64,000 nt of DNA from Isoptericola halotolerans. GTDB taxonomy: Bacteria > Actinomycetota > Actinomycetes > Actinomycetales > Cellulomonadaceae. The stretch is from positions 62,001 through 126,000 of the forward strand of contig NZ_JABEZU010000002.1 in the NCBI RefSeq assembly GCF_013149785.1. The letters run 5' to 3'. The notes under the pieces were generated by a model, which did no database searches, was not told where the DNA came from, and saw only the letters and a list, made by a program, of their open reading frames with translations. The first letter of the stretch is position 1. Every line of letters starts with the position of its first letter. Of this stretch, positions 55,836 through 64,000 are shown in pieces. The position numbers and the translations under genes are program-made.

Positions 55836-56453
55836 ATGACTACCGACACCACCACGCCCGTCGTCGACGTCTACATCGATCCCACCTGTCCGTTCGCCTG
55901 GGTGACCTCGCGCTGGGCGCTGGAGGTGGCGCAGCACCGCGACGTCGACCTCACCATCAGGCTCATGAGCCTGTACCTGCTGAACAAGGACAAGGACATC
56001 CCCGCGGACTACCGCGAGCGCATCGAGGCGAGCCGCGGCTCCGGCCGGGTCGCCGCCGCCGTGCAGGCCGACCACGGCGCCGGGGCGCTGTCCGCGTTCT
56101 ACACCGCGTTCGGCACCCGTTGGCACGACCAGGCCAACAAGGACCTCGACGCCGTGATCCGCGAGTCGCTCGCCGAGGCCGGCCTGCCCGCAGAGCTGGC
56201 CGACGTCGCGACGTCCGACGCGTACGACGAGGCGCTGGCCGCCTCGCACCATGCCGGCATGGACCCCGTGGGCGACGAGGTCGGCACCCCGACGATCCAC
56301 GTCGACGGCGTCGCGTTCTTCGGCCCCGTGATCACCCGCGTCCCGCGCGGCCAGGACGCCGTGAGGCTGTTCGACGCCGCCGTCACCCTCGCCGCCGACC
56401 CCCACTTCTTCGAGCTCAAGCGGACGCGCACCGAGCGTCCCGTGCACGCCTGA
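55836..56453 (+). CDS. DsbA-like thioredoxin-fold protein (Rv2466c/mycothiol-dependent reductase-like)
   Basis: DPTCPFAWVTSRW, VGTPTI, FFGPVI, FFELKRTR. Confidence 0.87.
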   Translation: MTTDTTTPVVDVYIDPTCPFAWVTSRWALEVAQHRDVDLTIRLMSLYLLNKDKDIPADYRERIEASRGSGRVAAAVQADHGAGALSAFYTAFGTRWHDQANKDLDAVIRESLAEAGLPAELADVATSDAYDEALAASHHAGMDPVGDEVGTPTIHVDGVAFFGPVITRVPRGQDAVRLFDAAVTLAADPHFFELKRTRTERPVHA

Positions 56454-56472
56454 GCCCCGACCGAGGAGAGAC

Positions 56473-57396
56473 ATGAACCTCGACCTGCGCATCTTCACCG
56501 AGCCCCAGCAGGGAGCCTCGTACGACACCCAGCTCGCCGTCGCCCAGGCCACCGAGACGCTGGGGTTCAGCGCGTTCTTCCGCTCCGACCACTACCTCGC
56601 GATGGGTGGCGACGGACTGCCCGGGCCGACCGACTCCTGGACGACGCTGGCCGGCATCGCCCGGGAGACGTCGACGGTCCGTCTCGGCACGCTGGTCTCC
56701 TCGGCGACCTTCCGGCTGCCCGGCGTGCTCGCCATCCAGGTGGCCCAGGTGGACCAGATGTCGGGCGGGCGCGTCGAGCTCGGCCTCGGGACCGGCTGGT
56801 TCGCCGCCGAGCACGCCGCCTACGGCATCCCGTTCCCCGACAAGCGGTTCGGGATCCTGGAGGAGCAGCTGGAGATCCTCACCGGCCTGTGGGGCACCCC
56901 GGTGGGTGAGACGTACGACTTCGCCGGGCAGCACTACACGCTGGCGGACTCCCCGGCGCTGCCGAAGCCGGTGCAGGGGCGGATCCCGATCATCGTCGGC
57001 GGGGGCGGGCCGCGGCGCACCCCGGCGCTCGCCGCCCGGTTCGCCGACGAGTACAACCAGGCCTTCCCCGCGCTGGACTCGATCGGCCCGCGGATCCGGG
57101 TGATCGAGAAGGCGCTGGCCGACGCCGGCCGCCCGGCGGGCTCGCTGACCCAGTCCGTCGCACTGGTCCTCGCGGTGGGGTCCGACGAGGCGGAGTTCTC
57201 CCGCCGGGCCGCGGCGATCGGGCGCGAGCCTGCCGAGCTGCGCGAGCACGGGATCGCCGGGACGGTCGCCGAGGCCGTGGACCGGTTGGCCTCCCTGCGC
57301 GACCAGGGCGTCGAGCGCGTCTACCTGCAGGTCCTCGACCAGCAGGATCTCGACCACCTCGACCTGGTCGCCCGCGAGGTCGTCCCGCAGCTCTGA
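56473..57396 (+). CDS. LLM-class (probable F420-dependent) oxidoreductase
   Basis: RIFTEPQQGA, FFRSDHY, GPTDSWTTLAG, GRVELGLGTGW. Confidence 0.9.
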   Translation: MNLDLRIFTEPQQGASYDTQLAVAQATETLGFSAFFRSDHYLAMGGDGLPGPTDSWTTLAGIARETSTVRLGTLVSSATFRLPGVLAIQVAQVDQMSGGRVELGLGTGWFAAEHAAYGIPFPDKRFGILEEQLEILTGLWGTPVGETYDFAGQHYTLADSPALPKPVQGRIPIIVGGGGPRRTPALAARFADEYNQAFPALDSIGPRIRVIEKALADAGRPAGSLTQSVALVLAVGSDEAEFSRRAAAIGREPAELREHGIAGTVAEAVDRLASLRDQGVERVYLQVLDQQDLDHLDLVAREVVPQL

Positions 57397-57503
57397 CCGG
57401 AGCGGCGAGCGCCCACGACGCGGCGGTGTGAACGGGGCGTTGCGGCCCGCGGTCGGTGCGGTTGCCGGTTCGTGCAGGATGCGGTAGGGGGACGCTTTCA
57501 CCC

Positions 57504-57650
57504 GTGACAACGGGGATCGCGGCGCTCTAGCGTCTGGTCCCAGACGACGAGGTGGGTTCTCCGGCGAACGGGGAGCCCACCTTCGTCGTTCCCAGGGAGG
57601 TTCCTGGAGCGCCCGGTCATCCCCGCAGCGGTACGTGCTCTCGTGAGGAG
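57504..57650 (+). promoter_or_regulatory. Promoter and structured 5' leader of the GT2 operon
   Basis: GTGACA N18 TAGCGT (57528); ~20-bp stem 57544-57589; small stem 57592-57607; GAGGAG RBS. Confidence 0.5.
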
Positions 57651-57658
57651 ACACGCCC

Positions 57659-59350
57659 ATGACGTCGCTCGACACCCGTTCCGCCCCTCCGCCCCGGCCA
57701 GGTCCTCCTCCGACACCCCGGGCGACCACCATCCAGGGGGACCCCCAGGCCGCCGCGCGCCGCCGTGACGCCAACGCCGCCGCGCACTCGCCGTCGTTGA
57801 TGCTGATCATGCTGCTCGCGACGCTCGGGGCCGTCGCCTATGCGGTGTTCCTGCTCGACCCGGACCATCGCGGCGACTGGTTGCCCTACGTGCTCGTCAT
57901 GGTCGCCGAGACGATCCTGCTGGTGCTCGCCCTGCTGGCGATGTGGACGGTGCTGTCCTCCGGCTACGACCCGCGCGACTTCGCCTATCACCAGGCCCGC
58001 GAGCGGCTCTTCGACACCCCGCAGGTCCTGCACGACGACGCCGCCGGCGACCCGACGCGCTGGCAGCTCTACCTGGGCGAGCGGCCCGTCACGGTGGACG
58101 TCTTCGTCACCACCTGCGGCGAGGACGTGGACACCATCGCCCGCACCGTGCGGGCCGCCGTCGCGGTCCACGGCGAGCACCGCACCTGGGTGCTCGACGA
58201 CGGCCGCTCCGACGAGGTGCGCGACCTCGCGACCACGCTCGGCGCCCGGTACGTCCGGCGGTTGTCCGGCGGCGGGCAGAAGGCCGGCAACGTCAACCAC
58301 GCGCTGAGCATCGCCAAGGGCGACCTGTTCGCCATCCTCGACGCCGACTTCGTGCCCCGGCCCGAGCTGCTGGTCGAGACCGTGCCGTTCTTCGTGCGCG
58401 AGGACGTCGCGTTCGTCCAGTCGCCGCAGACGTACGGCAACATGACCTCGCTCATCTCGCGAGGTGCCGGGTACATGCAGGCGGTCTTCTACCGGTTCGT
58501 CCAACCCGGGCGCAACCGGTTCAACGCCGCGTTCTGCGTGGGGACCAACGTCGTCTTCCGGCGTTCGGCCGTCGACGACATCGGAGGGATGTGCACCGAC
58601 TCCAAGTCGGAGGATGTCTGGACGTCCCTGCACCTGCACGAGCGCGGCTGGCGGTCGGTGTACATCCCGCAGACGCTCGCCGTCGGCGACGCCCCGGAGA
58701 CGATCGTGGCCTACGCCAAGCAGCAGCTGCGCTGGGCGACGGGCGGGTTCGAGATCCTCCTGCAGCACAACCCCCTGTCCCGCCGGCGCGAGCTCACCCT
58801 CGACCAGCGGCTCCAGTACTTCGTCACCTCGACGCACTACCTCTCCGGGATCGCGCCGCTGCTGCTGCTCGTCGTCCCGCCGCTGCAGATCTACCTGGGG
58901 CTCGCCCCCATGCGCCTGGACGTGTCGCCGGGGACCTGGGCCCTGTACTACCTCGGCTTCTACGGCCTGCAGATCGCGATCGCGTTCTTCACGCTCGGGT
59001 CGTTCCGCTGGGAGGTGCTCCTGCTGGCCGCGGTCTCGTGGCCCATCTACGTCAAGGCGTTCTGGAACGCCCTGACCGGCAAGCAACAGGCCTGGTCCGT
59101 CACCGGGCGGGCCGGCGGACCCACCAGCCCGTTCGAGGTGGTCGTGCCGCAGACCCTCTGCTTCGTCTTCCTGCTGGTCACCTCCGTGGTGGGGGTGTGG
59201 CAGTACGGCGGTGACGCGCTCACCAACCTGTCGGTGGCGTGGAACGTCACCAACACCCTGATCCTCGGCGGGTTCCTGCTCACCGCCGTGCGCGAGCACC
59301 GTGCCGCACGGGGCTCGCGCCGCGCCGTCGTCCCCGGAGGTGTCGCATGA
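57659..59350 (+). CDS. Processive GT2 polysaccharide synthase (BcsA/CrdS/BgsA-like) without PilZ
   Basis: 2 N-terminal TMs; DDG, KAGN, LDADF, QSPQ, FCVGTN, SED, QQLRW; ~5 C-terminal TMs and only a short tail. Confidence 0.9.
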   Translation: MTSLDTRSAPPPRPGPPPTPRATTIQGDPQAAARRRDANAAAHSPSLMLIMLLATLGAVAYAVFLLDPDHRGDWLPYVLVMVAETILLVLALLAMWTVLSSGYDPRDFAYHQARERLFDTPQVLHDDAAGDPTRWQLYLGERPVTVDVFVTTCGEDVDTIARTVRAAVAVHGEHRTWVLDDGRSDEVRDLATTLGARYVRRLSGGGQKAGNVNHALSIAKGDLFAILDADFVPRPELLVETVPFFVREDVAFVQSPQTYGNMTSLISRGAGYMQAVFYRFVQPGRNRFNAAFCVGTNVVFRRSAVDDIGGMCTDSKSEDVWTSLHLHERGWRSVYIPQTLAVGDAPETIVAYAKQQLRWATGGFEILLQHNPLSRRRELTLDQRLQYFVTSTHYLSGIAPLLLLVVPPLQIYLGLAPMRLDVSPGTWALYYLGFYGLQIAIAFFTLGSFRWEVLLLAAVSWPIYVKAFWNALTGKQQAWSVTGRAGGPTSPFEVVVPQTLCFVFLLVTSVVGVWQYGGDALTNLSVAWNVTNTLILGGFLLTAVREHRAARGSRRAVVPGGVA

Positions 59351-60078
59351 CCTGGACCACCCGCCTCCGGCTCGCGGTCGGCGTCGTCGTCGTGCTGGCG
59401 CTGTGCGCCGCACTGACGCTGGTCCTCAACCGCCGGATGAGCCAGGTCACCGCCGCGCAGGCCACGATCGTCGCCGAGGAGGTCGCCGTCGGGGCCGACT
59501 ACGCGGGGACCATCGTGGAGTCCCACGTGGAACCTGGCGACGACGTCGAGCAGGGCGACCCGCTGTTCACGATGCGCAGCCTGCTGCTCGCGCACGACCT
59601 GTCCATCGGGGTGGTCTCCCGCAAGGCGGCGTCCTACGAGATCAGCCGCGACGGCCAGATGACCGTCGTGTCGCCCGTCGACGGCGTCGTGTCCTCGATC
59701 CTGTCCACGCCGGGCGGCTTCGTGCAGTCGGGGCAGGTCGTCGCCTCGCTCTACCGGCAGGGCTCGACCACGGTCGACGCCCGGCTGCTGCTCGACCCCG
59801 CGGACTTCGCGCGGATCCGGCAGGGCGCGTACGTCCGCATCACCCTGCCGGACCAGAGCGAGGTGCCCGGCGAGGTCGTCTCGATCGCCGTCAGCAGCAC
59901 CCGCAACATGGCCGAGGCTCAGGTCGTCGTCTCCAGCGCGACCCTGGACCAGCAGGCAGGAGCGGGTCTGGCGCAGCCAGGCACCCCGGTCGTGGCCAGC
60001 GTCGAGCTGCACGACAGCGGGGCGATGTCCGACGTCGACCTCGCGTTCCAGCGGTTCCTGCAGAGGATCGGGCTGTGA
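59347..60078 (+). CDS. HlyD-like membrane-fusion/adaptor protein with a very short hairpin
   Basis: N-terminal TM; lipoyl half-motifs GTIVESHVEPGDDVEQGDPLF and SPVDGVV...GGFVQSGQVVA; beta-barrel ending PGTPVVASV; ATGA overlap. Confidence 0.8.
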   Translation: MTWTTRLRLAVGVVVVLALCAALTLVLNRRMSQVTAAQATIVAEEVAVGADYAGTIVESHVEPGDDVEQGDPLFTMRSLLLAHDLSIGVVSRKAASYEISRDGQMTVVSPVDGVVSSILSTPGGFVQSGQVVASLYRQGSTTVDARLLLDPADFARIRQGAYVRITLPDQSEVPGEVVSIAVSSTRNMAEAQVVVSSATLDQQAGAGLAQPGTPVVASVELHDSGAMSDVDLAFQRFLQRIGL

Positions 60079-62195
60079 GCCGCGGGTCGGCGTGCCTGGC
60101 GGCGGCCGTCGTCGGGGCGGCGCTCCTGACGGCATGCACCACGGTGGACGCCCCACCCCCGCCGCCGTCGGCCGGGGCGGGAGTGGCGGACGCCGCACCC
60201 CCTTCCGTGGACCCCTCCGTGCTGCCGTCCGTGGACCGCGGGGGCGGGGCGATGCGACTGGCCGACGGGCTCGCACCCCCGACCAACCGGTGGTTCTCGG
60301 GGCTGGTGTTCGGCGACGCTGCGCAGCCCGTGTTCCCGCTGCCGCTCGCCGTCGGGCTCACCGCGTCCGGGTTCGCGTACGGGCTGCCCACGGTGCGCGC
60401 GGACGGCAGCGTGCTGTCGGGCTCCTACGCACCGCAGGTGCAGATGGACCTGCGCGAGCCCGTCACCGGTGTCGTGGTGGCCTACGACGCCGCCACGGTG
60501 ACGGTCGACCTGGTCGCCGGCGACGAGACGGTGCGGGGCCGGCTGCACCTGACCCGCGGCTCACCCGTGCTGACCTACACCGCGACGACCGACCAGGACC
60601 TCGGGCTCGGCGTCGCCTTCTCCGCCGGTGCCGCAGGCCTGCCCGACGACGTCGTGACCGCGGAGCTCGACGAGCGCACGCACGCCCTGGTCGGTGCGGG
60701 GGACCTCGACGTGGCCGACGCCCTGGCCGGGACCTCGCTCGCCCTGACCGCCGGGCAGACGGTGTCCTGGCTGGTCGCTCCCGACCCCGGGGAAGGCCCG
60801 GATGGGCTCGCCGAGCTCGTCGAGGCGACCCGGGACCCGGTGACGGGCTCCGAGGTCCACCACGAGACGTCACCTGAGGAGGCGACCACCTCCGTGACCT
60901 ACGCGACGGTCTCGGGCGGTCCCGCCGTCGTCGTGCGCTGGCCCCACCAGCAGCAGACCGCGGACGCTGCCGAGAGCTGCGCGCGGGGGACGTACGCCAC
61001 CGTCCGGGGGACGGCCGAGGTGTGCCTGACGTCGACGCTGTCGTGGCGCTCACCCGTCCGCGAACCGGCGCCCGGCCTCGACCTGTCGGGCCTGGACGAC
61101 GACGAGCGCGACGCGCTCGCGGACCAGGTGCGCACCGACGCCGCTGCCGTGCTGGGCGACGTCCGCCCGGCGGACACGTACTTCGGCGGCAAGGCGCTCG
61201 CCCGGGACGCGAACCTGTGGACGCTGGCCGTCGAGCTCGGGCTCGACGGCGTCGCCGCGGACCTGCACGAGAGCGTCGCCGCGGACCTGCGGACCTGGGC
61301 GCAGCCGGACGGGTGCGTCGAGCGCCCCGAGCGCTGCTTCACGTGGGAGCCCACGCTGCGGACCGTCGTCGGGCAGGCGACGTCGTTCGGGTCGGAGGAG
61401 GGCAACGACCACCACTTCCACTACGGGTACTTCCTGTACGCGGCCGGGGTGGCCGCGGCCGACGACCCCGACCTCGTGCGCGACCTCGCCCCGGTGCTGG
61501 ACCTGCTCGCCGCCGACGTGGCGGCGGTGAGCGACGTGCCGGTGCCCGACGGTCCGCCGATGCCCGGCCTGCGTGTGCTCGACGTCGTCATGGGCCACTC
61601 GTGGGCCTCTGGGCAGGCGCCCTTCGCCGACGGCAACAACCAGGAGTCCGCGTCCGAGGCGGTGTCCGCCTGGCACGGGCTGGCGCTGTGGGCGGACGCC
61701 CGCGTCGGCGCCGGGCTCGACGACGGCGGGCTGACGGAGCAGGCGCGGTGGATGCTCGCCCTCGAAGCCGCCTCGGCCCGTGCCTACTGGACGGACTTCG
61801 ACACGTCGGACCCGGCGACCGATGGCCTCGAGGCGTCGGTCACGTCGCTCGTGTGGGACGGCAAGCGGGAACGGGCGACCTGGTTCTCGGCCGAGCCCAG
61901 TGCCGCGCTGGGCATCGTGGTGCTGCCCGTGACGGGGGTCTCGGGCTACCTGGGCGAGGACCCGGACCGGGTCCGGGCGAACCTCGGCGAGGCCCTGGGC
62001 ACCGACGACCTCTGGGAGGACCGTTCGACCTGGGACGTGATGTTCGGCGACCAGCTCCTCATGTACGCGGCGATGCTGGGGCCCGCCGACGCCGAGGCGG
62101 CGCTCGAGGTGGCGCGCGACCTGCCGGACGAGCGGATCGACGACGGTTCGACGCGATCCTGGCTGCTGGCCTGGTTGCGGGCGCACGCGGGGTAG
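60075..62195 (+). CDS. GH81 endo-beta-1,3-glucanase lipoprotein
   Basis: Lipobox LTAC; PPTNRWFS, DTYFGGK, NDHHFHYGYF, GHSWASG, GNNQESASEA; GTGA overlap. Confidence 0.9.
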   Translation: MSRGSACLAAAVVGAALLTACTTVDAPPPPPSAGAGVADAAPPSVDPSVLPSVDRGGGAMRLADGLAPPTNRWFSGLVFGDAAQPVFPLPLAVGLTASGFAYGLPTVRADGSVLSGSYAPQVQMDLREPVTGVVVAYDAATVTVDLVAGDETVRGRLHLTRGSPVLTYTATTDQDLGLGVAFSAGAAGLPDDVVTAELDERTHALVGAGDLDVADALAGTSLALTAGQTVSWLVAPDPGEGPDGLAELVEATRDPVTGSEVHHETSPEEATTSVTYATVSGGPAVVVRWPHQQQTADAAESCARGTYATVRGTAEVCLTSTLSWRSPVREPAPGLDLSGLDDDERDALADQVRTDAAAVLGDVRPADTYFGGKALARDANLWTLAVELGLDGVAADLHESVAADLRTWAQPDGCVERPERCFTWEPTLRTVVGQATSFGSEEGNDHHFHYGYFLYAAGVAAADDPDLVRDLAPVLDLLAADVAAVSDVPVPDGPPMPGLRVLDVVMGHSWASGQAPFADGNNQESASEAVSAWHGLALWADARVGAGLDDGGLTEQARWMLALEAASARAYWTDFDTSDPATDGLEASVTSLVWDGKRERATWFSAEPSAALGIVVLPVTGVSGYLGEDPDRVRANLGEALGTDDLWEDRSTWDVMFGDQLLMYAAMLGPADAEAALEVARDLPDERIDDGSTRSWLLAWLRAHAG

Positions 62196-62269
62196 ACCGG
62201 CGTCGTCCGCGCTGCGCGCCGTAGGGTGTCCGACGGAGTTCACGGGACCTTCACGGACGGAGCGCGCGG

Positions 62270-63586
62270 ATGCAGTGGGGCTGGACGAAGCACGGCGACG
62301 GCCGGTCGATCGCGCCGGGCGAGGCGGTGGCGCCGGGGGAGCGGCTGACCTGGCCGCGCACCGTCGGTATCGGGGTGCAGCACGTCGTGGCGATGTTCGG
62401 CGCCACGTTCCTCGTGCCGCTGATCACCGGCTTCCCGCCGTCGACGACGCTGTTCTTCTCGGCGGTCGGGACCATCGGGTTCCTGCTCATCACGGGCAAC
62501 CGGCTACCGAGCTATCTCGGGTCCAGCTTCGCCTTCCTCGCGCCCATCGGCGCGGCGACGGCGTCCCAGGGACAGGCGGCGGCCGTCGGCGGGATCTTCG
62601 TCACGGGGGTGCTGCTGATGGTCGTCGGCGCGGTCGTGCACCGCGCCGGGGCACGCTGGATCGACCTCGTGATGCCGCCCGTGGTGACCGGGGTGATCGT
62701 CGCGCTCATCGGGCTCAACCTGGCGCCCGCGGCCTGGGACAACTTCTCGGCCGCTCCGGTGACGGCGCTGGTCACGCTCGTGGCGGTGCTGGTCGTCTCG
62801 GTCCTCTTCCGCGGCATCCTGGGGCGGCTGTCGATCCTCGTCGGCGTGCTCGTCGGGTACGCCTTCGCGGTGTGGCGTGGCGAGGTCGACTTCACGGAGG
62901 TCAAGGACGCCGGCTGGTGGGGTCTGCCGGAGTTCACGGCACCGAGCTTCGAGCTGAGCGTGCTCGGACTGTTCCTCCCGGTGGTGTTCGTCCTGGTCGC
63001 GGAGAACGTGGGGCACGTGAAGTCGGTCGCGGCGATGACCGGGCAGAACCTGGACGACCGCATGGGCCGGGCGCTGTTCGCGGACGGTGTCGCCACCACG
63101 CTCGCGGGGACCGGCGGCGGCTCCGGCACCACGACCTACGCCGAGAACATCGGCGTCATGGCCGCCACCCGGGTCTACTCCACCGCCGCGTACTGGGTCG
63201 CGGGCACGACGGCGCTGCTGCTGTCGTTCTCCCCGAAGTTCGGCGAGGTGATCAACACCGTGCCGGGCGGGGTGCTGGGCGGGGTGACGACCATCCTCTA
63301 CGGCATGATCGGCGTCCTCGGCTTCCGCATCTGGGTGCAGAACCGCGTCGACTTCGCCGACCCCGTCAACCTCGCGACGGCGGCGGTGCCGCTGGTGATC
63401 GGCATCGCGAACTACACGTGGTCGGCGGGCGGGGTGACGTTCGAGGGGATCGCGCTGGGCACCGCGGCGGCGCTGGTGATCTACCACGGCATGCGGGCGA
63501 TCGGGCGGTGGCGCGGGACCGTCGTGCCGACGACGACGCCCGCACCGTCGTCGGGCGCCGAGGAGCCGGACCGACCGCTGCCGTAG
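62270..63586 (+). CDS. NCS2 uracil/xanthine permease
   Basis: QHVVAMFGAT, YLGSSFAF, AENVGH, TTYAENIGV signature. Confidence 0.93.
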   Translation: MQWGWTKHGDGRSIAPGEAVAPGERLTWPRTVGIGVQHVVAMFGATFLVPLITGFPPSTTLFFSAVGTIGFLLITGNRLPSYLGSSFAFLAPIGAATASQGQAAAVGGIFVTGVLLMVVGAVVHRAGARWIDLVMPPVVTGVIVALIGLNLAPAAWDNFSAAPVTALVTLVAVLVVSVLFRGILGRLSILVGVLVGYAFAVWRGEVDFTEVKDAGWWGLPEFTAPSFELSVLGLFLPVVFVLVAENVGHVKSVAAMTGQNLDDRMGRALFADGVATTLAGTGGGSGTTTYAENIGVMAATRVYSTAAYWVAGTTALLLSFSPKFGEVINTVPGGVLGGVTTILYGMIGVLGFRIWVQNRVDFADPVNLATAAVPLVIGIANYTWSAGGVTFEGIALGTAAALVIYHGMRAIGRWRGTVVPTTTPAPSSGAEEPDRPLP

Positions 63587-63631
63587 CAGGGGCCGGTCTC
63601 GGGACGACGAGCCCGGGCCTCTTGCCTCAGG

Positions 63632-64000
63632 TCAGGCGTCGGGCTCGCGGCCGATGCCGTACTCGCGCTCGATCGGTTCGAGGTCCTCGACCGGGACGCA
63701 GCCGGGCATGTTCTCCAGCGGCTGGTCGGCCGCGAGGGGCACCTCCGCGGTGTCCAGCGGCTCGGTCCAGCCGGTGCCGACGAGAAGATCGATGACCCTG
63801 CCCGCGCGGTCGTCCAGGACCAGGTCGATGTCCTCGTACTGCGCGGCCAGGGTGTACGCCTGGACGATCCCGGCGGCACCGTAGCGGATCTGCGAGTAGC
63901 CCTCGACGAGGTGGGGCCAGTCACCGGTAGCGCGGACGTCGAACCCGCGGTCGGCGAGCACCTCGGCGCTCGCGCCGGCGAGGGCGAACCGCGGGTCGGC
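63632..64000 (-). CDS. LytR C-terminal domain protein, partial (5' end outside the window)
   Basis: LADRGFDV..TG, IRYGAAG..AYTLAA, LVLDDR...IDLLVG. Confidence 0.7.
   Translation of the reverse strand, partial: ADPRFALAGASAEVLADRGFDVRATGDWPHLVEGYSQIRYGAAGIVQAYTLAAQYEDIDLVLDDRAGRVIDLLVGTGWTEPLDTAEVPLAADQPLENMPGCVPVEDLEPIEREYGIGREPDA

Noticed and set aside
59301..60074. Apparent 258-aa N-terminal extension of the GH81 ORF
   Set aside because: Arg/Pro/Gly-rich off-frame read of the HlyD-like gene; the lipoprotein signal starts at GTG 60075
1..64000. CRISPR array, cas genes, integrase, transposase, rRNA
   Set aside because: No regularly spaced repeat-spacer run and no matching protein or rRNA motifs seen; the palindromes are isolated and kilobases apart

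Overview
Chromosomal window from a high-GC actinomycete (gene content suggests Micrococcales; inference). It opens with the 3' end of the dnaK-grpE-dnaJ-hspR operon and includes upp, tadA, tRNA-Ser(CGA), a sirtuin, two GT4 and one GT87 glycosyltransferase, an acyl-CoA dehydrogenase and an NCS2 permease. Accessory content is mostly carbohydrate- and envelope-related: a 1335-aa ECF sigma/anti-sigma/extracellular fusion, a LAxTG surface protein, a PL9-type lyase and a GH18 chitinase that share a C-terminal binding cassette, and an AraC-linked sugar locus built on DUF5107 and a cellulase-like protein. The best candidate for an undescribed system is a translationally coupled operon at 57659-62195: a PilZ-less cellulose-synthase-like GT2, a hairpin-less HlyD-type membrane-fusion protein and a GH81 beta-1,3-glucanase lipoprotein, which together look like a monoderm beta-1,3-glucan synthase module. 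Also notable are an ECF transporter with an IdeR/DtxR-like iron box, a three-copy REP-like palindrome family and a perfect 74-bp palindrome. I found no CRISPR array, integrase, transposase or rRNA. All family calls come from motif recognition by eye; no searches were run.
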